IMG/VR virus record: IMGVR_UViG_3300048857_000013
Coordinates: 1 to 34,130 of that record
Strand: one strand, 5' to 3'
DNA from: a virus
Lineage: Duplodnaviria; Caudoviricetes
Length of the DNA: 34,130 nt
Shown: in pieces, positions 33,573 through 34,130 of the stretch
Position numbering within the stretch: the stretch's first letter is position 1
How the letters are laid out: the number at the start of each line of letters is the position of its first letter
Program-made: the position numbers and the translations under genes
The notes under the pieces: generated by a model
Told to the model about the DNA's origin: nothing
The model's input: the letters and a program-made list of their open reading frames with translations, nothing else
Database searches by the model: none

Positions 33573-33884
33573 CTAGACGATGATAGCGTCGCGATCGGAG
33601 CTGCAGCGGACCCTGGCCAATCCTAACTGCAGCTCTACTTGTGTCAGGCCATCTCTCGATCTTGAGGGGGCGGGGCTGCCGCCGTCATCGTCCCCGCCAT
33701 CATCGTCCGGCCACCAGCCCTTCCAATCATCGCCAAGCGCTTCCTTTGCCTGGCTACCGTCGAGACGGGAAATGAGCATCTGGAGCAACTCGTGCTCCGA
33801 AATGCCACTCTCCGGCGGCAGGTACGCGGCGATGTCCTTCTGGCAGTCCCAGATGAGTTGCTTCATCTTCTCTTTGTCGGCCAT
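33573..33884 (-). CDS. Hypothetical protein
   Basis: GAGGAG RBS; ECF-type promoter just upstream. Confidence 0.65.
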   Translation of the reverse strand: MADKEKMKQLIWDCQKDIAAYLPPESGISEHELLQMLISRLDGSQAKEALGDDWKGWWPDDDGGDDDGGSPAPSRSRDGLTQVELQLGLARVRCSSDRDAIIV

Positions 33885-33905
33885 GATCCGTCTCCTCGGC
33901 AGGTG

Positions 33906-33930
33906 AACACGTCACCGGGCATGAGGTTCC
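33906..33930 (-). promoter_or_regulatory. Putative sigma-EcfG/RpoE2 (general stress) promoter
   Basis: GGAAC-N16-TGTT on the minus strand ~20 nt upstream of ATG 33884; consensus is GGAAC-N16/17-CGTT. Confidence 0.55.
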
Positions 33931-33988
33931 AGCCCTTGCCGAGGTCTGAACGGGTCCTATCCTCCTTGTTCTTACGTGGAGGAAAAGC

Positions 33989-34130
33989 ATGGCAGATAAT
34001 CCGAAGAAGAAAGGCCGCGACCGCGAGCTCGTTTCCGAACAGGAGCACGAGGTGGCCTACCTCATGAGGACGGCGAACGTGACGCGGCAGAAGGCGTTGG
34101 AGGCGATCCGCGAAGCCGGGCCGAACCGGG
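33989..34130 (+). CDS. DUF3606-like small protein, truncated by the window edge
   Basis: GGAGG RBS; MADNPKKKGRDRELVSEQEHEVAYLMRTANVTRQKALEAIREAGPNR. Confidence 0.75.
   Translation, partial: MADNPKKKGRDRELVSEQEHEVAYLMRTANVTRQKALEAIREAGPNR

Larger units (their letters stand above)
84..34130. mobile_element. Temperate podovirus-like prophage; right end outside the window
   Basis: Integrase abutting a tRNA, then immunity, replication, packaging, head, short-tail/ejection, fibre and lysis modules in canonical order. No tape measure, tail tube or sheath gene. No second copy of the tRNA 3' end seen. Confidence 0.95.

Noticed and set aside
33133-34130. attR / right prophage boundary
   Set aside because: No copy of the tRNA 3' end found by eye; the boundary is probably beyond the window.

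Overview
The window holds most of a temperate, short-tailed (podovirus-type) prophage integrated at the 3' half of an elongator tRNA-Met(CAT) gene (51-127). The host is a GC-rich bacterium, and the gene content suggests a Rhizobiaceae-like alphaproteobacterium (inference). Gene order: a large serine recombinase whose last codons and stop lie antisense inside the tRNA; a leftward early operon with a Rha-family protein; a cI/cro switch with repeated TAAAG-N4-CTTTA operators; a translationally coupled rightward operon with a split replication-initiator-like gene and an RNase HI; a moron and small-ORF/structured-RNA region; a three-gene putative fibre cassette; terminase, portal, scaffold and capsid; two adaptors and a nozzle; a DDxxD protein; ejection proteins interrupted by an HNH-AP2 endonuclease; antisense membrane morons; tail fibre; lysis genes; small accessory genes. 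I did not find attR, so the prophage probably runs past the right edge. Best candidates for undescribed biology: (1) a repeat-templated head-fibre cassette with nine ~21-aa repeats plus five exactly phased 9-aa repeats, (2) an isoprenoid-synthase-like DDxxD protein in the slot where podophages often carry a GNAT acyltransferase, (3) a minimal replication module pairing a purine-rich tract with RNase HI, and (4) a repressor that looks non-autocleavable. All family assignments come from motif recognition by eye, with no database search.
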